Of a DNA stretch of 64,000 nucleotides, positions 60,085-64,000 are shown piece by piece (position 1 is the first letter of the stretch; every line of letters begins with the position of its first letter). The notes under the pieces are model-generated. The model did not search any database. It was not told where the DNA came from and saw only the letters and a list, made by a program, of their open reading frames with translations. Made by a program: the position numbers and the translations under genes. The stretch is taken from positions 32,302,001 through 32,366,000 of the forward strand of contig NC_073396.1 in assembly GCF_028641065.1 (NCBI RefSeq), read 5' to 3'. The DNA comes from Leucoraja erinacea (Eukaryota).

Positions 60085-62678
60085 ACCAGGAGTTTATTGT
60101 TCTGGATGTCAGGTGTGGGAGGTCATGGAGTCTGATAGCCTTCCAGGCGTCCACATCTGCGCCAGGTGCGTCGAGATGGGGCTCCTAAGGGACCGTATTA
60201 GGAACCTGGAGCAGCAGCTCAATGACCTCGGTCTGGTCAGGGAGAGTGAGGAGGTCATAGAGAGGAGTTACAGAGAGGTGGTCACTCCAAGACCACGGGA
60301 GGCAGACAAGTGGGTCACAGTTAGGAAGGGCAAGGGGCAGAGGCAGGGACTGGAGAGTACCCCGGTGGCTGTACACCTTGGAAATAAATACTCCTGTTTG
60401 AGTACTGTTGGGGGGGACAGCCTACCTGGGGGTAGTGACAGCGGCCGGGCCTCCGGTACAGAGACCGGTCCTGTTGCTCAGAAGGGCAGGGAAAAGAAGA
60501 GGAGGGCAATAGTAATAGGGGACTCTATAGTTAGGGGGTTGGATAGGCGATTCTGTGGACGCAATCAGGTGACCCGGATGGTAGTTTGCCTCCCTGGTGC
60601 CAGGGTCTGGGATGTGTCTGAACGTGTCCAAGATATCCTGAAATGGGAGGGAGAGGAGCCTGAGGTCGTGGTACATATAGGTACCAATGACAGGTAGAAA
60701 AAGAGAAGAGGTCCTGAAAGGAAAATTTAGGGAGTTAGGAGGAGTGTTAAGGAGAAGGACCAAAAAACGAACAATCTCAGGATTACTGCCTGTGCCACGC
60801 GACAGTGAGAGTAGGAATGGAGTGAGGTGGAGGATAAATACGTGGCTGAGGGACTGGTGCAGGGGGCAGGGATTCAAGTTTCTGGATCATTGGGACCTCT
60901 TTTGGGGAAGGTGTGACCTGTACAAAAAGGACGTGTTGCACTTGAACCCGAGGGGGACCAATATCCAGGCGGGGAGATTTGCAAAGGCTACTGGGGAGAC
61001 TTTAAACGAGAACGGTTTGGGGGAGGGACTCAAATAGAGAAAGCTAGTAGACAGTGTGTGAGGCAGGGGGCAGAGAAGGGAAGCACTCAGATCCAACATG
61101 TAGGGGAGAAAGAAGAAAAAGATCATAAACAGAGAATAAGAGGTGGTGGGTTTCTTAAATGTGTATATTTTAATGCTAGGAGCATTGTTACAAAGGTGGA
61201 TGAGCTTAGAGCCTGGATTGACACCTGGAAGTATGATGTTGTGGCGATCAGTGAAACATGGTTGCAGGAGGGCTGTGATTGGAAACTAAATATTCCAGGA
61301 TTTTGTTGCTTCAGGTGTGATATAATTGGAGGGGCAAGAGGTGGAGGTGTTGCATTGCTTATCAGGGAAGATATTACAGCAGTGATTTGGCAGGATAGAT
61401 TTGAGGGCTCTTCTAGGGAGGCTATTTGGGTGGAACTAAGAAATGGGAAAGGTGTAGCAACACTTATAGGGGTGTATTATAGACCGCCTAATGGGGAGCA
61501 AGAATTGGAAGAGCAAATATGTAAGGAGATAGCAGATATTAGTAGTAAGCACAAGGTAGTGATTGTGGGAGATTTCAATTTTCCACACATGGGCTGGATG
61601 GTTTGGAGTTTGTAAAATGTGTGCAGGATAGTTTTTTGCAGCAATACATAGAGGTACCTACTAGAGACGGGGCAGTGCTGGACCTCCTGTTAGGAAATGA
61701 GACAGGTCAGGTGGCGGAGGTATGTGTTGGGGAGCACTTCGGGTCCAGTGATCACGATACCATTAGTTTCAATATAATTATGGAGAAGGTCAGAACTGGA
61801 CCAAGGGTTGAGATTTTTGATTGGAGAAAGGCTAACTTTGAGGAGATGCAAAAGGATTTAAAAGGAGTGAACTGGGAGATTTTGTTTTGTGGGAAGGATG
61901 TAGAAAAGAAATGGAGAGCATTTAAAGGGGACATTTTAAGAGTACAAAATCTTTATGTCCCTGTTCGGTTGAAAAAAGGAAATAGTAATAATTGGAAAGG
62001 GTCATGGTTTTCAAGGGAAATTGGACACTAGGTTTGAAAAAAGAGAGAGATCTACATTAATTATAGGCAGCATGGAGTAAATGAGGTGCTTGAGGAGTAT
62101 AACGAATGTAAAAAGAATCTTAAGAAAGAAATTAGAAAAGCTACAAGAAGATGTGAGGTTGCTTTGGCAAGTAAGGTGAAAGTGAATCCAAAGGATTTCT
62201 ACAGCTATATTAATTACAAAAGGATAACGAGGGACAAAATTGGTCCATTAGAGAGTCAGAGTGGACAGCTATCTGCAGAGCCAAAAGAGATGGAGGAGAT
62301 ATTGAACAATTTATTTTCTTCGGTATTCACCAAGGACAAGAATATTGAATTATGTGAGGTAAGGGAAACAAGTAGAGTAGCTATGGAAACTATGAGTTTC
62401 AAAGAAGAGGAAGTACTGACACTTTTGAAAAATATAAAAGTGGATAAATCTCCAGGTCCTGACAGGATATTCCCTAGGACATTGAGGGAAGTTAGTGTAG
62501 AAATAGCAGGGGCTATGACAGAAATATTTCAAATGTCATTAGAAACGTGAATGGTGCCGGAGGATTGGCGTACTGCGCATGTTGTTCCATTGTTTAAAAA
62601 GGGTTCTCTCTAAGAGTAAACCTGGCAATTATAGACCAGTTAGTTTGACGTCAGTGGTGGGCAAATTAATGGAAAGGA
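60085..62678 (+). mobile_element. CR1 5' portion (ORF1 + APE + linker), 3'-truncated
   Basis: AIVIGDSIVRG..VVVHIGTND; YFNARSI..ISETWL..YRPPN..GDFNFP; SDHDTI; KSPGPDRIFPR. Confidence 0.88.
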
Positions 62679-62921
62679 ACCACCTTCAACTAGCATCGCA
62701 ACCGGCTTCGACTAGAAAATTACCGATTTTTAAAAAGGCAACCTATTATTAGTCGCGGCCGGTTTTGAATTTTTGTAAATAATCGCCGGAACATAGAAGT
62801 AGCGGAAACCACTTTGGACCTTTAGGGAGACTGACAATAACCTCCGGGAACCGCACGGAAACCTTGGGTGGGGCGCAAAGTCTCCAGAGATTTCCGTTCA
62901 GATTTCCTAAGTGGGACAGGG
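62679..62921. mobile_element. Right end of a Harbinger-like non-autonomous element
   Basis: CpG-rich block ending AAGTGGGACAGG, the same terminus as the MITE at 12976-13154. Confidence 0.5.
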
Positions 62922-62989
62922 ACATGTTTGGCACAGACTAGAAGGGCCGAGATGGCCTGTTTCCGTGCTGTAAATTGTTATATAGTTAC

Positions 62990-64000
62990 ATGGGTGCAAA
63001 ATGAGGGTAGAAGCAATAGGTAGTAAGGTGAAAAGTAAAAGTGGCAGGCAGACAAATCCAGGGCAAAAATCAAAAAGGGCCACTTTTCAACATAATTGTA
63101 TAAGGGGTAAGAGTGGTGTAACAACAAGCCTGAAGGCGTTGTGTCTCAATGCAAGGAGCATTCATAATAAGGTGGATGAGTTGAATGTGCAGGGTGACCA
63201 AGGCTGGGAGCTGAACATCCAGGGATATTCAATATTCAGGAGGAATAGACAGAAAGGAAAAGGAGGTGGGGTAGCGTTGCAGGCCAGAGAGAAGATTAAC
63301 GCAATAGAAAGGAAGGACATTGGCTTGGAGGATGTGGAATCGATTTGGGTAGAGCTGCGAAACACTAAGGGGCAGAAAACGCTAGCGGGAGTTGTGTACA
63401 GGCCACCTAACAGTAGTAGTGGAGTTGGGGATGGCATCAAACAGGAAATTAGAAATGCGTGTAACAAAGGTAAAACAGTTATAATTGGTGACTTCAATCT
63501 ACATATAGATTGGGTGAATCAAATTGGCAGGGGTGCTGAGGAAGAGGATTTCTTGGAATGTATGCGGGATAGTTTTCTAAACCAACATGTAGTGGAACCA
63601 ACGAGAGAGCAGGCTATTCTAGACTGGGTATTGAGTAATGATGAAGGGTTAGTTAGCAGTCTTGTTGTGCATGGCCCCTTGGGTAATAGTGACCATAATA
63701 TGGTTGAGTTCTTCATTAGGATGGAGAGTGACATAGTTAATTCAGAAACAAGGGTTCTGAATTTAAAGAAAGGTAACTTTGAGGGTATAAGACGTGAATT
63801 GGCCAAGATAGTCTGGCAATTAATTCTTAAAGGGTTGACGGTGGATATGCAATGGAAGGCATTTAAAGACCGCATGGATGAACTACAACAACTGTTCATC
63901 CCAGTTTGGCAAAAGAATAAATCAGGGAAGGTAGTGCATCCGTGGATAACAAGGGAAATCGGGGATAGTATCAAAACAAAAGATGAAGCATACAAATTAG
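62990..64000 (+). mobile_element. CR1 ORF2 APE region (runs off the window)
   Basis: CLNARSIHNKVDEL, VYRPPN, GDFNLH, GNSDHNMVEF; same subfamily as 40297-44880. Confidence 0.85.

Overview
Eukaryotic (vertebrate) genomic DNA. The repeat landscape of CR1 LINEs, HE1/V-SINE-like SINEs, Rex1 and Penelope-like elements points to a cartilaginous fish such as a skate or ray (inference). The window holds two tandem + strand paralogs of an MFSD1-like lysosomal MFS transporter. Copy A (exons 4-13, 1020-15934; 5' exons lie upstream of the window) has an 8-nt insertion with an in-frame TAA in exon 4 but is otherwise intact. Copy B is complete: 13 coding exons, 24680-55017, 470 aa, with a CpG-island promoter. 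Most ORFs in the supplied track are spurious or transposon-derived. Main points of interest: (1) many palindromic Penelope-derived insertions with 11-14 bp target-site duplications, several carrying minimal hammerhead ribozyme cores; (2) patchwork exon identity between the paralogs, suggesting gene conversion; (3) a glycosylatable luminal loop and a C-terminal dileucine motif that differ from canonical MFSD1; (4) an Ile/Lys switch at a probable substrate-pocket position; (5) several nested MITE, LTR and retroposon insertions with visible TSDs. All coordinates and counts were read by eye.
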